A stretch of 64,000 bases of DNA from Octopus sinensis (GCF_006345805.1 NC_043011.1:32748464-32812463), one strand, 5' to 3'. Counted from the first letter of the stretch, positions 15,195 through 28,620 are shown. Numbers and translations: made by a program. Notes: generated by a model from the letters alone, not told the origin.

Positions 15195-15722
15195 AGAAAT
15201 GTTACATACTTCTGTTACAGAAATGTTACATACAAGGGAGTTCCATGAAAAAATTAGTTTTGCATAGCAGAATTCCAAATTTCAGGAATGCAATGCTGCC
15301 TTAATTGCAAGGGATGCCTCTTTTTTTCTTCTTTTTTTTATTTGATGTAATTTTCTGAATTCATTAATAGAAATGATCAATTCATGATACAATTATGTAA
15401 CTATATCCAATTATATATATTTCTACACTCCATAATATTGATCTGGTATTAAGAGACAGATGGTAACACCCTGCAGTATGTTATATACTTAGTGTGTAAA
15501 AACTAATAAAAAACAGAAAAGACAAAAAGAGGTCACCAGCTTGGGCACTGGTGTGGCTCTGTATGGTAAGGAATTTGCGTCCCAACTGCATTACTCTAGG
15601 TTCACTCCCACTGCATTGCACCTTGGGCAAGTGTCAACTTCAGGCTGACCAAAATCTTGTGAGTGGATTTGGTAGATGGAAACTGAAAGAAGTCCAGTGT
15701 GTGTGTGTGAATACATATATGT

Positions 15723-16040
15723 GAAGGCACATGGCTCAGTGGTTAGAGCATCAAGCTTACAATCATGAGGTTATAAGTTTGATTCCCAGACCGGGCTGCG
15801 TGTTGTGTCCTTCAGCAAGACATTTTATTTCATGTTGCTTCAGCTTACTCAGCTGTAGAAATGAGTTGCGACGTCACTGGTGCCATGCCTTTCCCTTGGA
15901 TAACATCGGTGGCGTGGAGAGGGGAGGCCGGTATGCATGGGTGACTACTGGTCTTTCATAAACAACGTTGCCTGGACTTGTGCCTCGGAGAGTAACTTTG
16001 TAGGTGCAATCCCATGGTCATTCATGATCTAAGCGGGGTC
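15723..16040 (+). mobile_element. SINE family D (tRNA head plus CORE-like domain)
   Basis: TGGCTCAGTGG box A; central AGCAAGACATTTTATTTCATGTTGCTTCAGCTTACTCAGCTGTAGAAATG resembles the CORE-SINE domain; relatives at ~36135-36330, 40392-41135 (split) and 50515-50830 (minus). Confidence 0.75.
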
Positions 16041-16137
16041 CTTATATATATATATATCCCTGCTTCCATCTCCTGAGCGCCTATTAATAATAATACTGTA
16101 ATTGTTCCTGTTGTTGTTGTTTTTGTTTCCCTTTTGG

Positions 16138-16195
<58 letters not shown>

Positions 16196-16449
16196 TCTCA
16201 ATGACTGAAACCGGTACTGAAATATTTTTTCTAAAATTATTTTAGCATTTTCTATCTTGACTTTTTTTTCCATATATATATATATATATACATCATATAT
16301 CTTAGGAAGGGCATCCAGCCATAGAAACCATGCCTCAACAGACAGCTGGAGTCTGGACAACTCCCTGCTAGCCATCTCTATGTCAAACCATCCAACCCAT
16401 GCTAGCATGGACAGCAGATGTTAAACGATGATGATGATGATGATGATGA

Positions 16450-16484
<35 letters not shown>

Positions 16485-17559
16485 GGGCTTCTTTATGTAT
16501 GTATTTGTGTGCATTGTGTGTGTAAACTGTGTTTCCCCCCCATCACTGCCAGTGTTGGTGTGTTTAGAGTCCTGTAACTTAGAGGTTCAGTATGGAATAA
16601 GTACCAGGATTTAAAAGATAAGTGCTGGGCTTGATTCATTCGGCTAAAATTCTTCAATGTGGTGCTGCAGCATTGCCACAGTCTAACAACTACAACAAGC
16701 ATGAGTTCACCTGCTCTATGCCATGCCCATGAGGGAGCAACTACATGATCACTCAATCTACAAAAAAAAAAAAAACTGTGTCATCTAAACTCTTGTTAAG
16801 CCACAATTTACCATTTTGAAAAAATAGGACACCTAGGTTAGCATTTCCCAAACAGAGTTCCCTGGAGCCCCAAGTTTCCGTGAGAAGTTACTCAGGGTTT
16901 CGTGAGATTTTAGGGATAACTAGGATAATTTTACGCCATAACATGTTTAAGCAATTTTCACGATTTTAATTCTGTATTCATAATTGTAATTTTATTACAC
17001 ACTCAGAACATGTTCCGTAAGATAGGAAAATCCTTGTATTCATTTGTAGAAAGGAAACCCTATGAGAGAAAAAAAAAAGAATTTTTAGCAGAGAACTGTT
17101 GAGGAATTTTGCTTAAACAAAATATTGGTTGAGATGTAATTTCTTAAGTCTTCTTTACGGCATCTGATGGATTTAGCGCTGCTAGTCTATTCATGGGTAT
17201 TTTTGTGGTTTGTTTAATCTCTTGGATAATTTAACTTGATGAAAGAGAAAAATGTAGAGTATCCCTGAGGTGTGGAATGTATTTCAAGAGTCAAGAGTGA
17301 ATGGACTGGGAAGCACTTCCTTAGGTTCTCATGCACTCTCTGAAGAGAAGATGAGGTGGTCATGACTGGAACTCTTTGATCAGAACCAACCAGGGGCTAA
17401 ACAAAAAATACAACCACTTGCTCTATGTAGTAGCTGAATTTTATATTTAAAACTCATCCACTAATTCATATATAGATACATGCACACACACACACTTACA
17501 CACATATACACACACATCACATACACACTCATACACACATACTCTTCTTGGTCGCGCTG

Positions 17560-17930
17560 CTTTGCAGATTTCCACGACTCTCTGTTATCATCCATTTCCA
17601 TTATTATGAACGTGAATTGGGAGCTTGAGTCATAGGGAATCTTTCATTAACCGATTACACAACCATGGATGCCACCGCAATAGATGTGTTGCTCACTTGA
17701 TAGAACTCGGTGGTCCTGACCATCGATCTTTTAGGATTCCTCCATTCAGCATCGTTGTAAGAGGTGCCAGTGGCTCATTTGAACTCTTCCGATACCTCTT
17801 CACAATCTTCCAAGTTGCTGTCCCATGACTTTGCTGTATCCCCTGCAATGTGGCTGAATGGGTGTTATTCCTTGCCAAAGGGCAGCCTATGCAGTGCACA
17901 GTCATCACTCCAAGAGGTGTTTTCAAAATA
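17560..17930 (-). mobile_element. Possible highly decayed LINE (RTE-like) endonuclease remnant
   Basis: Stop-interrupted frame HRLPFGKE*H...WRNPKRSMVRTTEFYQVSNTSIA loosely recalls RTE endonuclease segments; weak. Confidence 0.3.
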
Positions 17931-19198
17931 CCTGCATACCAAAATATACATACATAGCTAATCGTTTAGCATTCAAATTACTCCATCAAAGGTAATGCTC
18001 ATTTATTCTCATCATTTTAAATTAATTATGCTTTGTCTCATAGCTTCAAGATTTCTATGATCTTTCTTCTTTGGTTTTTGTTTTATTTGCTGTAGTCATT
18101 AGACTGCAGCCATGCTGGGGCACCACCTTGAAGAATTTTTAGTTGACTGAATCAGCCCCAGTACTTAATTTTTCTTAAGCCTGGTACTTATTCTATCAGT
18201 CTCTTTTGCCGGACTGTTAAATTACAGGGACATAAACACACCAACACCGGTTGTCAAGTGGTGGTGGGGGACAAACACAGATACAAAGACACACACACAT
18301 ATATATGCATATATATGACAGGCTCCTTTCAGTTTCCGTCTACCAAATCCACTCACAAGGCTTTTGTTGGCTTGAGGCTATAGTAGAAGACACTTGCCCA
18401 AGGAGCCACGCAGTGGGACTGAACCAGGAACCAAGTGGTTTGGGAAGCAACCTTCTTACCGCACTGCCACATCTGCACCTGGTTGTTTATTTTTAGCATG
18501 ATATTGTATGATAGGTGTGAGAGGTTAGATCTAGCTGAGTTGAGCATAAAACATGTAGAATATTTGGGCTGGGCATGGATTCATAAGTTTCTTTTTAACT
18601 GGTTAAGATAAAAAGGAAAAAAAAAAAAAAGATTTCATAAGTTGCACTGATTTGACGAAACAAAGCAGGTGTTAATCTCAACACCAATCAGGCTTTAGCT
18701 CAGAAATCAGGTGATCCATATTCTACTGAAAATGTTTTGAAATTGAACAATAATAAAATGTTTTTAGGAGTTGAATTAAACATTGTCATGAGTCCAATCC
18801 AGCCGATGAGCAATATAATTGTTACTCCTAGGTTGGACTGTTTCGCTGATGTGGTCTAACAAGATTAAAACATCTTGTTAGCAACCATATTGCTAAAAAT
18901 TAAACTTATTCTTCATTATAATCTAATTTGATTAATTTTTTTTTTTAGATAAATTTCAGTTCTGAGGGTTTTCTCCCCTGTATGTTTTGAGTTCATTTTA
19001 GTCAATAACCCTTTGGTAAAAAAAAAATGTAAGGTTTCCTTCTCAAGTCATACTGACTCACAAGGACTGATTTCCCAGCGTAGACATTCCCCACCTGGAC
19101 AGGACGCCAGCTGAGTGAACTGAAGGTCTGAGAATCAAAACGGCAATCTTATGATCATGAGTCCAACACCCTAATCAGTAAGCCACGTGCCTCCACTA

Positions 19199-19673
19199 TT
19201 AACCCTTTGCTCTTCCTGTGTAACGTCTATGATACACGGAGCATACTTCCCTTTTGTCCATGCATTGTATATGATAAACATTCTCAATTTCTTTTCACTC
19301 ACAAGAGTAAATAACATGTGACTTACAAAAGGGAAGCTTTATATAACGCAGAACACGTGAAACAAAGGCTAATAAAAATCTGAAAATAAAGCATGGACAT
19401 TTAGAACAAACTTATGAAAATGCTATGGAGATGCAAAGAGTTAACTCTCTGCCTGTCCTGACTATCACATGTGATACACAGGACATATTTCTCTGGTGTC
19501 CATGAATCATATTTGATACACATGCCCAATGCTTTTCAAGTACCAGAGCAACTTAGGAATTATATAAATAAAGCTTATGGTATGTACACAAGGTTTAACT
19601 TAAAGTTTGGAAACAAGCATGGACATTTAGGACAAGCATATGAAACATATTCTTTGAACAGGCTAAGGGTTAA
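19199..19673. mobile_element. Two head-to-tail piggyBac-like MITEs sharing a central TTAA
   Basis: TTAA at 19199-19202, 19441-19444 and 19670-19673; termini CCCTTTGC/GCAAAGAG and CTCTCTGCCTG/CAGGCTAAGGG; third copy at ~51360-51604. Confidence 0.65.
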
Positions 19674-21004
19674 GATCAGGTTTCGTTCTTCTGACTAATG
19701 GGTGTAATTCTAATTAACTAATTTATCAAAAACATCTTTGCTCATTACATTATGTTTTTAACACTCATTTCGCAAGAACTGCTAATGTTGCACAGTGCTC
19801 CAAGTTACATAGAATTCTCACAGGAAACTGATTCATATCAACTCACTTTTGCCATCCAATGCATGTATCACCACAATCACTCTTATTTGTGTTGTAATAT
19901 ATGCAATAAATATTCTTATATCAATCATTAACTTGTGTTGTCATTAAGAAGGCACTAGTTAACTGCTTCCCATCATTGGAAGAATTGTTAACTCGATTCT
20001 ATCTTGGCTTTCTCTGATTAGTCATCAGCACGGTCACATATATTTTCTTTTGTTATTATTATATGGAATATATACTCACACTAATATTTAATTTTTTTTT
20101 GCAAATTATCACTAATTGGAATAAAAAGACAGGGGAGGAAAAAAAAAGAAAAAAAACCCAGAAAACAAACCTTTTTTTCTATGCTAAATAGATTATTGGT
20201 GTGATGATAAATTCAGAAAGCCATTCTCTCACTAGAAAGAAATGAAGGTTGAGAAATTGCATGCACCTTCTTATGTGCACACATGCATCTTACAAGCATA
20301 TCCCCAACCACTCTCACACAAACACTTGTAATAATCATGCTGACACATACTCACACATACATACACAGAGACTCACACACACACACACACACACACAGCC
20401 GTGAACATGAATAAACGCACAAGCATAAACATACACAGATATTCTCACACACACACAGAGCAGCAGTATCACCATGGCCACCAACACCTTCACTAGATCA
20501 CCATGGCCACCACTGCCACTACCACTACCACCAGAAAATAAGGAAATCAAAAATTGACTTTTATGCTGCATACTTCTATGACTTTATGATATACAAATTA
20601 TTTAACAATTATTACAAAACGATGAACTGTCTTGCTCTACTGTATATTTAATATTCCAGACTGCTAAAAATGGTCTTGTAGCCTAACCGTAGAGCCTAAT
20701 ATTGCAGCTGGCACTCTGTTGGTTACAAAGGTGAGGGTTCCACTTGATGAAATCACTGGAAGAGCCTGCTCATAGAATTAACATGCAAATGATTGAGTAC
20801 TGCATAGACGTGTGTACCCTTAATGTAGTTCTTGAGGCGGGGGGGGGGGGGTCAGTATTCAGCGTGACACAGAATGTGACAAGGCTGGCCCTTTGAAATG
20901 CAAGTACAACTCATCTTTGCCAGTTGAGTGGACTGGAGCAGTGTGAAGTAGAGTGTCTTGCTCAAGCAGCATTAAAAAAGGTATATATATATTTATGTAT
21001 ATAT

Positions 21005-21312
21005 GTGATCACGTGATCACGTGACCAACCAGTCCATCAGATGTAGTTACACATCGCTGGTCACAATGCGTTCGCATTGTTTTAGCCTTCGAATGACGCC
21101 ACCCCGCTGGCTAAGCGAGCAGGCCAACAGAAGAAAGAGTGAAAGAAAGAGTGGTGAAAGAGTACAGCAGGGATCACCACCCCCTGCCGGAGCCTCGTGG
21201 AGCTTTTAGGTGTTTTCGCTCAATAAACACTCACAACGCTCGGTCTGGGAATCGAAACTGCGATCCTATGACCACAAGTCCGCTGCCCTAACCACTGGGC
21301 CATTGTGCCTCC
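21005..21312 (-). mobile_element. tRNA-head SINE related to family E
   Basis: Reverse strand GTGGAGGCACAATGGCCCAGTGGTTAGGGCAGCGGAC...GTTTCGATTCCC with box A/B. Confidence 0.75.
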
Positions 21313-21331
21313 ACATGTATATATGTATGTG

Positions 21332-21370
<39 letters not shown>

Positions 21371-21446
21371 ATATGTATATGTATATATATATATGTATAT
21401 GTATATATATGTGTATATCTATATCTATATATATATATATATATAT

Positions 21447-21660
21447 ATCACTGGGACCCTTGTCGTCGTAACTGACAGTGTCACTGTATATATATATATA
21501 GTTTTTTTTTATTCTCTCTCTGTTTATTTTCTCTTATTCCTTTCTGTTGAATAGCGTAGGCTTGAAACATAAAGACTTTTTCACTTTCCCGAGTGTCAAA
21601 CTAATGCACCAGCTTGTTCATACACCTGTCTTCATCTTTTGTTTTTCTATAAATTTCAAC
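21447..21660 (+). mobile_element. Short dispersed repeat with a minimal hammerhead-like motif (Penelope-like terminus)
   Basis: Homologous segments at ~25480-25690 and 43690-43905, each bounded by (TA)n; motif CTTT-CTGTTGA-A-stem-GAAA at 21540-21574. Confidence 0.6.
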
Positions 21661-21682
21661 CATATATATATGGTACAAAATT

Positions 21683-21910
21683 CCTTGTAACACCAAAGAT
21701 GAACTGAAGGCAAGGATTATGGCAGCATTTAAACAAAGAGTCTGTCCAGAAGAGTTGTAGAGATTCTGAAGTCGTCTGGAGGCCATGGTTGAAGCAAATG
21801 GCGATCTTATTGAATAAATTTACTCTTTAGTATTTCAAGATATTTCTATGTACTTTTGGTAAATATATCTGTTAAAATGAGATGTCAGTGTTTTTATTTT
21901 TTTTCGTAAT
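21683..21910 (+). mobile_element. Tc1/mariner transposase C-terminal remnant
   Basis: PCNTKDELKARIMAAF / NKESVQKSC / RF*SRLEAMVEANGDLIE* across frameshifts, matching the typical Tc1-like C-terminal helix. Confidence 0.75.
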
Positions 21911-21953
21911 TTAGGTCTCTTTATAAAATTATAAATATAAAATTACAAATAAT

Positions 21954-22313
21954 GAGAGAAATATACTATGATAAAATTGAAAATTTCTATTTCACGATAA
22001 TTGTTAAATAAGAATTTCCAATGGTGAAAAATTTTATCATAGTATGTTTCTCTCAATTGTAGCATGGAATGTGTTTATAAGCCATTTAAAAGCACACAAG
22101 AACCATTAGATTCACTTCAACATTTAAATATTTTTGCCGCTCTGAAACCGCAACCTGTTCACTAAAAAAATTCTGTGCTGCGTGGAAGTTTGTCAGTGAA
22201 CAGGTCGTGGTTTCAAAGCGACGAAAATATTTTGACAAATTAAATTTAAATGTTGAAGCGAATCTAACAGTTTTTGTGTGCTTTTAAATGGCTTATAAAC
22301 ACCTTCCACACTG
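21954..22313. repeat. Two adjacent fold-back palindromes (MITE-like)
   Basis: 21954-21978 pairs with 22030-22054 (25 bp, 1 mismatch); 22071-22302 is a long imperfect hairpin with GTGTTTATAAGCCATTTAAAAGCACACAA arms. Confidence 0.85.
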
Positions 22314-22749
22314 CAATTATTTTTATTTCAGCACACGATCTCAGATCAGGTCACTTGCTATGCAAGTACATCTCCGTAATGTATTTCTCTCGTCATCTAT
22401 AATTTTATACACTCACTATGTTTTGCTTCTGTATCATACTATGTCTCTCTCTATGTGTTTTCTAGAGTGATACGTTAAGGAGCTTTCTTTATGTGTACCA
22501 CTGGATTAGTTGAACTCATATATTGTGACTTAAATTTATATATATCATTCCCTTCTCTCTCAGGAAGCACAAGCACTTACACACACATGTACACACATGA
22601 TAGAAACTTCTGCTTACCAAATTCAATCACAAGGCTTCGGTAAGATAACAGAGAAAGGAATAAGAGGAAATAAACAGAGAGAGAATAAAAAAAAGATATA
22701 TATATGTGTATACAGTGACACTGTCAGTCACGATAACAAGTGTCCCAGT

Positions 22750-22816
22750 GATATATATATATATATATAATATATACATATATCTATATATACATATATA
22801 TATATATATAATATAC

Positions 22817-22890
<74 letters not shown>

Positions 22891-22966
22891 TATATATACC
22901 TATATGTATATATATATATATATAGATATATATATTATATATATATATATATTATATATATATATC

Positions 22967-23021
<55 letters not shown>

Positions 23022-23035
23022 ATATATATATACAG

Positions 23036-23105
<70 letters not shown>

Positions 23106-23106
23106 C

Positions 23107-23160
<54 letters not shown>

Positions 23161-23184
23161 ATATATATAATAATATATATATAT

Positions 23185-23244
<60 letters not shown>

Positions 23245-23317
23245 TATATATATAGATATATATATAATATACATATATATAGATATATATATATATATAC
23301 ATATATATATTATATAC

Positions 23318-23367
<50 letters not shown>

Positions 23368-23563
23368 TATATACATATATTATATATATATATATATACA
23401 TAGATATATATATATATATAATCTATATATATATATATATATATATATAGATATATATATATATATATAATATACATATATATATATATATCTATATATA
23501 TATATATCATATATATATATATCTATATATATATATATATATATATAGATATATATATATAAT

Positions 23564-23611
<48 letters not shown>

Positions 23612-23620
23612 TATATATAT
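22750..23620. repeat. Long imperfect (TA)n microsatellite (~870 bp) ending in (CA)n
   Basis: Direct reading; other large TA arrays at ~11735-12527, 13222-13795, 34320-34527 and 44620-44900. Confidence 0.95.
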
Positions 23621-23823
23621 GTATATTATATTAAATTAGAGATAAAACCACTATTAGGCAAATCAAACAGTGAAAAACATAAGCCAATACATAAAATTAA
23701 TTTAAAAATATAAAAGTATTGATAAAATCGGTAAGATAACAAAAGAAAGAAAGAGACCGCGATATTATGTAAATAGAGGAATTTATCTGTAAATGTAATA
23801 TGTGACAATTATTCGGTAGCCAA

Positions 23824-23884
23824 GATAAAACTCCGAGTTTTGGATGCCGAGGTAGAAATCCACACTACCATCTCTTCAGTTATC
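23824..23884 (-). ncRNA. Type I hammerhead ribozyme-like fold, core G12 substituted
   Basis: Minus strand GATAA-CTGAAGA-GATG...CATC-C-AAAA-CTC-G-GAG-TT-TTATC: stem I GATAA/TTATC, intact CUGAAGA box, stem II, short stem III, GUU cleavage triplet. Confidence 0.65.
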
Positions 23885-25768
23885 CGGCCATTGGAAAAAT
23901 GCTATGAAAATGACCGTTATACAAAGGGAAATTACTGTGTTATTGACCGCTATTAAGACAAAAGAGCTATTCGAATGACCACTAAGTAAGGTAAGGGGGT
24001 AAAAAGTTCATAGTATTCGCGTAAGCATGTCTGTTCATACCTACACATGTGCGCCCGCACACCCACGTGTGTACGCATACATTCATCCACCCTCACTTGA
24101 AAAATGTACACATCTTCACTCGCATCCTTCGCCAAAAGTATATGCATATGCATACAACCCCCCCACACACACACACGCGCACACCATAAAAGTTCATACA
24201 TATGTCTACATACGCACAAACACAAGAAAAACAGGGTTATGGTAGACAATACAGAAAAAAGGCATAAGGGAGTATACAAAGAGTAAACCACGTTTATATA
24301 CGCACATACCCTTATGCACGCACGCACACACACCCATATATGCTTATGACAGAGTAATCTCAGTGTTGAAGGGTTAAAGGCAATGAGCTGGCAGAAGTAT
24401 AAGCATGTAGGACAAAATACTGATTTCAAATTGCACCGAGGTCAACTTAGCCAGTCGTCATTTCAGGGTTGATAAATTAAGTACTAGTGATGCATTGGGG
24501 TCAGTGTAATTGACTTTATCCTCCCCTAAAATTTTTGGCTTAATGCCAAAATTTGAAATCATTATTTAATTACCTTTGTTTTTCATTCTTCCTTTCTTAG
24601 GTCAATAAAAGAAAGTACCAGTTATATACTTGGTACTCCAAATTTCGCGGCCTTATGCTGATATTAGCTATCTCCATTTAGCTTTTGTCCCTTTCACTTC
24701 TGAATTTAAATCCCAGTAGAATCAGCATCATCTCTTCTATTCCTAGATTCGTAATATACTAGGAATAACTAGGGACGCCTTCTGCCTAAAAAACAAATAG
24801 TCAAGTGGGTGCTAACATTTTTAATGTAGCTAGGAAAATTGTAATTATAATTGGATTAAAAATAATTTTGTAGTTAATTATGAGATGATGTGAGTACCTT
24901 ATTTACCAGTTTCGTTTCCATGCAAAAGGGGTTCTGGCTGACATTCTCATCTTCCGTCGTCAATTCGGCAACTGCATCAAAATTATCATGATCATCTTTA
25001 TCATAGGTATCATCATCAGCAGCAGTATCATCATTAGCACTCTTATCATCATCATCATCATTGATGTTGTTGCCACCACCATCACCACCACCAACCTCAT
25101 CATCATCGTCATTATCATCATCACCACCAGCACCACTACCACTACTAGCATCACCATCACCACAGGCACCACCACATTAATCATCATCACCATTACCACT
25201 ACCACCACCACCACACTCATCATCATCATCATCATCAACAACAACAACAACAGATCATTTTTAATATTTCTTAATCTGAACTCGCGTATACTGGAAAGAT
25301 TGTTTTCAACACAGTATCCCCACCAATTATTTTCTGAAACTCCTTCTTCAAAATCACCAGTATTCCCAGATTTTTTCCTCACCACTTCTTGCTAGATTTT
25401 CCTTGGTCTTTTGTCCCCCACCTCCACCCTTTCATTTTAAAGTCACATCACATTTTCATCCAGAATGTATCATATATATATATATCGGCATTCGCCATGA
25501 TGGATCGCTAGTCACTACACATTCTTTATTTTCTCTCCTTGTTTCTTCCTGTGTTTCTTTCTGTAGAAGAGCTTAGACTTGAGATGTTAAAGACTTTTTC
25601 ACTTCTCGAGTGTTATACTAATACATCTGTTTGTTGTCTACACCAACTGTCTTCATCTTTGGTTTATTTTTGTGAATTCTCTCCCTATATATATATATAT
25701 ATATATATATATCATCATCATCATCATCATCGTTTAACGTCCGCTTTCCATGCTAGCATGGGTTGGAC

Positions 25769-25808
<40 letters not shown>

Positions 25809-26892
25809 AAGAGGATTTGAAAATGCAGGGGTCTTTTAAAGATGCTTATTGACTTGATCGGTTTCCCTTTTTTAAAAAAATTGATTTTTAACAGTATAGG
25901 TGCAAGGCTTTGTGTAGCTTTGAGGTGTTACAAATTAGTTACCATAGATGTATTAAAATGCAGTGATAAAGTCTTTGACAATGCTAAGGAAATGTTAAGA
26001 AATAGAACATTTGATAATGATAAGAAAATGTTGAGAGAGGGTTTAAACAGTTTACATAAAAGTGTTCAGAGTAGGCAGTAAAATAAGTTCATAATTGTTT
26101 ATAAGTTCATCAGAAATCATAATTGTTTGTAGGCATATAAACAGAAAGAATTTGTTGACAGTATTTTATAAGAGAAAGTGTGTATTGCTTTGTAAAACGT
26201 TCGTCAGAAATCATAAAAGATTGACACATATACATATTGTTGAATATCATAAGAATTTTATAAATTTTTGGGAGAACATGAAATAATTCTTTTGTGAAAA
26301 ATTGAAGCTTGAAGCACATAAAGCAATAAAATAATCACATGTAAATACTGGGAAGCCTTCAAATTTTACTATTTAAAAAGGCTTTTCAACCCAATATTTA
26401 CATTCTTTAATGTGTGTGTGTGTGTGTTATATGTATGTATTTGTGTATTTGTGTTCACATCTTGATACAAGCTTCCTGCTTTAAAAATAAATGCACCCTT
26501 TTAAAGCATAGCCAGGTTCATGGGCCCGGTTTCCTGGTTTCAATGGCATATGTGTTCCCCAGCTAAATGGGACGCCAGTCCATCGCAGCGTTACTCATTT
26601 TTGCCAGCTGAGTGGACTGGAGCAACATGAAATGAAGTGTTTTGCTCAAGAACACAATGCGTCACCCGGTCCAGGAATCGAAACTACAATCTTACGATCA
26701 TGGTGCTAACACCCTAACCACAAAGCCACAGGCCTCCACTTCCTGCTTTAAACTGATCTAAATTAAAATCTTCCATTAAAATTCTATGTTAATTTATGCT
26801 CTGAATACCACTTTTATAATGACTAAGTTATTTCAATAAATTCTTCATTATTGTTAAAATTAGGTGAAATGAAGGCAGTGTATTTCAACAGA

Positions 26893-27164
26893 GTGGAGGC
26901 ACATGGTTGAGGGATTGTGGGTTCGAATCTCAGACTGGGCGACGTGTGTGTTTATGAGTGAAACACCTAAGCTCCACATGGCTCTGGCAGAAGGTAATGA
27001 CAAACTTCTGCTGACTCTTTTGCGACAACTTTCTCTCACTCTTCCCTCCTGCGTCTTGCAGCTCACCTGCAATGGATCGGCGTCCCATCCAGTGGGGAAC
27101 CTATACGCCAAGGAAACCGGGAAACTGGCCTTATGAGCCAGGCATGGCTTGAGAAGGAACAAAC
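26893..27164 (+). mobile_element. SINE family E with 11-bp target-site duplication
   Basis: GGTTCGAATC box B; ATTTCAACAGA at 26882-26892 and 27165-27175. Confidence 0.88.
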
Positions 27165-27464
27165 ATTTCAACAGAAGTATGGTAATGAATGCGTTGACAC
27201 AGTAGAGTGTATGAATTGAAGGAGTTACAGCTTATTTCTAGCAGGTCAAGAAATTATGTAGGAGATCCTACATACACTTAGTAAAATTGTCCCTTGTAGA
27301 GGTAAAATGCCTCATACAATAATCTCTAGCTATTATCCCAGTACTTCTTACTCTTTTAATGACGTTGACATATTTTTATTTTGCTAAAAACAAAAGCAAC
27401 ATACCTACATACTATAATGAGGCTTTTTTATTTTATTTAAATATTTTATAGCCATTAAATAAAG

Positions 27465-27720
27465 GCACATGGCCTTGTGGTTAGGGTGTTGCACTCATGA
27501 TTGTAAGATTGTGGTTTCAATACCTGAACTAGGTGGTGCATTGCATTCTTGAAGAAAACACTTCATTTCATGTTGCTCCAGATAACTCAGCTGTGAGTTC
27601 CAGTAATAGGTGGGAAGTTAACCTTGCAATGGACTAGTGCCCCATTCAGGAGCAGAGTGTTATAATTTCAGTCATTTATACACAATGGAAATGAGGCTAA
27701 ATTCTGGCCATGTGTGTCCT
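27465..27720 (+). mobile_element. SINE family F (tRNA head, CORE-like centre)
   Basis: AGGCACATGGCCTTGTGGTTAGGGTG...AAAACACTTCATTTCATGTTGCTCCAG; relatives at ~7090-7265, 7560-7770, 26505-26740, 62680-63165 (minus) and 61915-62150, 63458-63680 (plus). Confidence 0.75.
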
Positions 27721-28269
27721 AGGGTTCACAACAAATTTTTGTTTTTAATCATCATCATCATCGTTTAACATCTGCTTTCCATGCTAGCATGGGTTGGATG
27801 ATTTGACTGACGACTGGCGAACCAGATGGCTGCACCAGGCTCCAATCTTGATCTGGCAGAGTTTCTACAGCTGGATGCCCTTCCTAATGCCAACCACTCT
27901 GAGAGTGTAGTGGGTGTTTTTTCACGTGCCACCGGCACTCATTAAATATAACTTAATTTGGTCCACGAGTAAGAGCAAGCATGCAATCAAAATATATAAT
28001 TGATGTTTAATCCTTTAGCATTCAGATTACTCTGTTAATGTAAGACAATAAGGGATTAATTAATTTCATCACATCACACAATTTAGTACCACACTAAATT
28101 TTTGTAGCTACAAATTGGAAAAGCATAATTGCTACACTTTTATTAGAACTAACTTTTCATTTCTACTTCACCAACATTGTTTGTATGTTATTTTACTGAG
28201 ATATATAATTTGTTAACTCTCTACTAATTAAAATACATTTTGTTATGAGTCAGTCAGGGTGGCCCTACA

Positions 28270-28620
28270 TCAGTTGTTCTCAATTGTAGTCCATATGACC
28301 ACTGGGAATCCAAATAAAATTTTGGTGGCTCCACACAAGCAAAATACTTAATTGGAGAGCCACTATAGTACTTTAGGGGTTCATGGAAAACTTTTGTTTT
28401 AGCTATATCTATTGCAAGATATATCTATTGCTAGGTTTCTTTTTCTAACGTTTTACACAGTTCAACCTACACGAGTGAATGTGTGAAAAACAAATATGAA
28501 TTTTGGAAGAAATATCTATAAAACTAGTTTTAAAACATTGAATGACTATGGGTGTCCACCAGAATAGAATAATTAATTAAAGGGGTCCATAGATAGAATA
28601 AAAATGATTGAAAACCTCTC
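28270..28620. mobile_element. Decayed hAT-like MITE
   Basis: CAGTTGTTCTCAA left end and TTGAAAACCTCT right end with subterminal GTCCAT motifs; no clear TSD. Confidence 0.4.

Noticed and set aside
25806-26330. Possible decayed coding sequence (DKVFDNAKEMLRNRTFDNDKK...)
   Set aside because: No recognisable family motif and many stops; could be an ancient transposon but is unsupported
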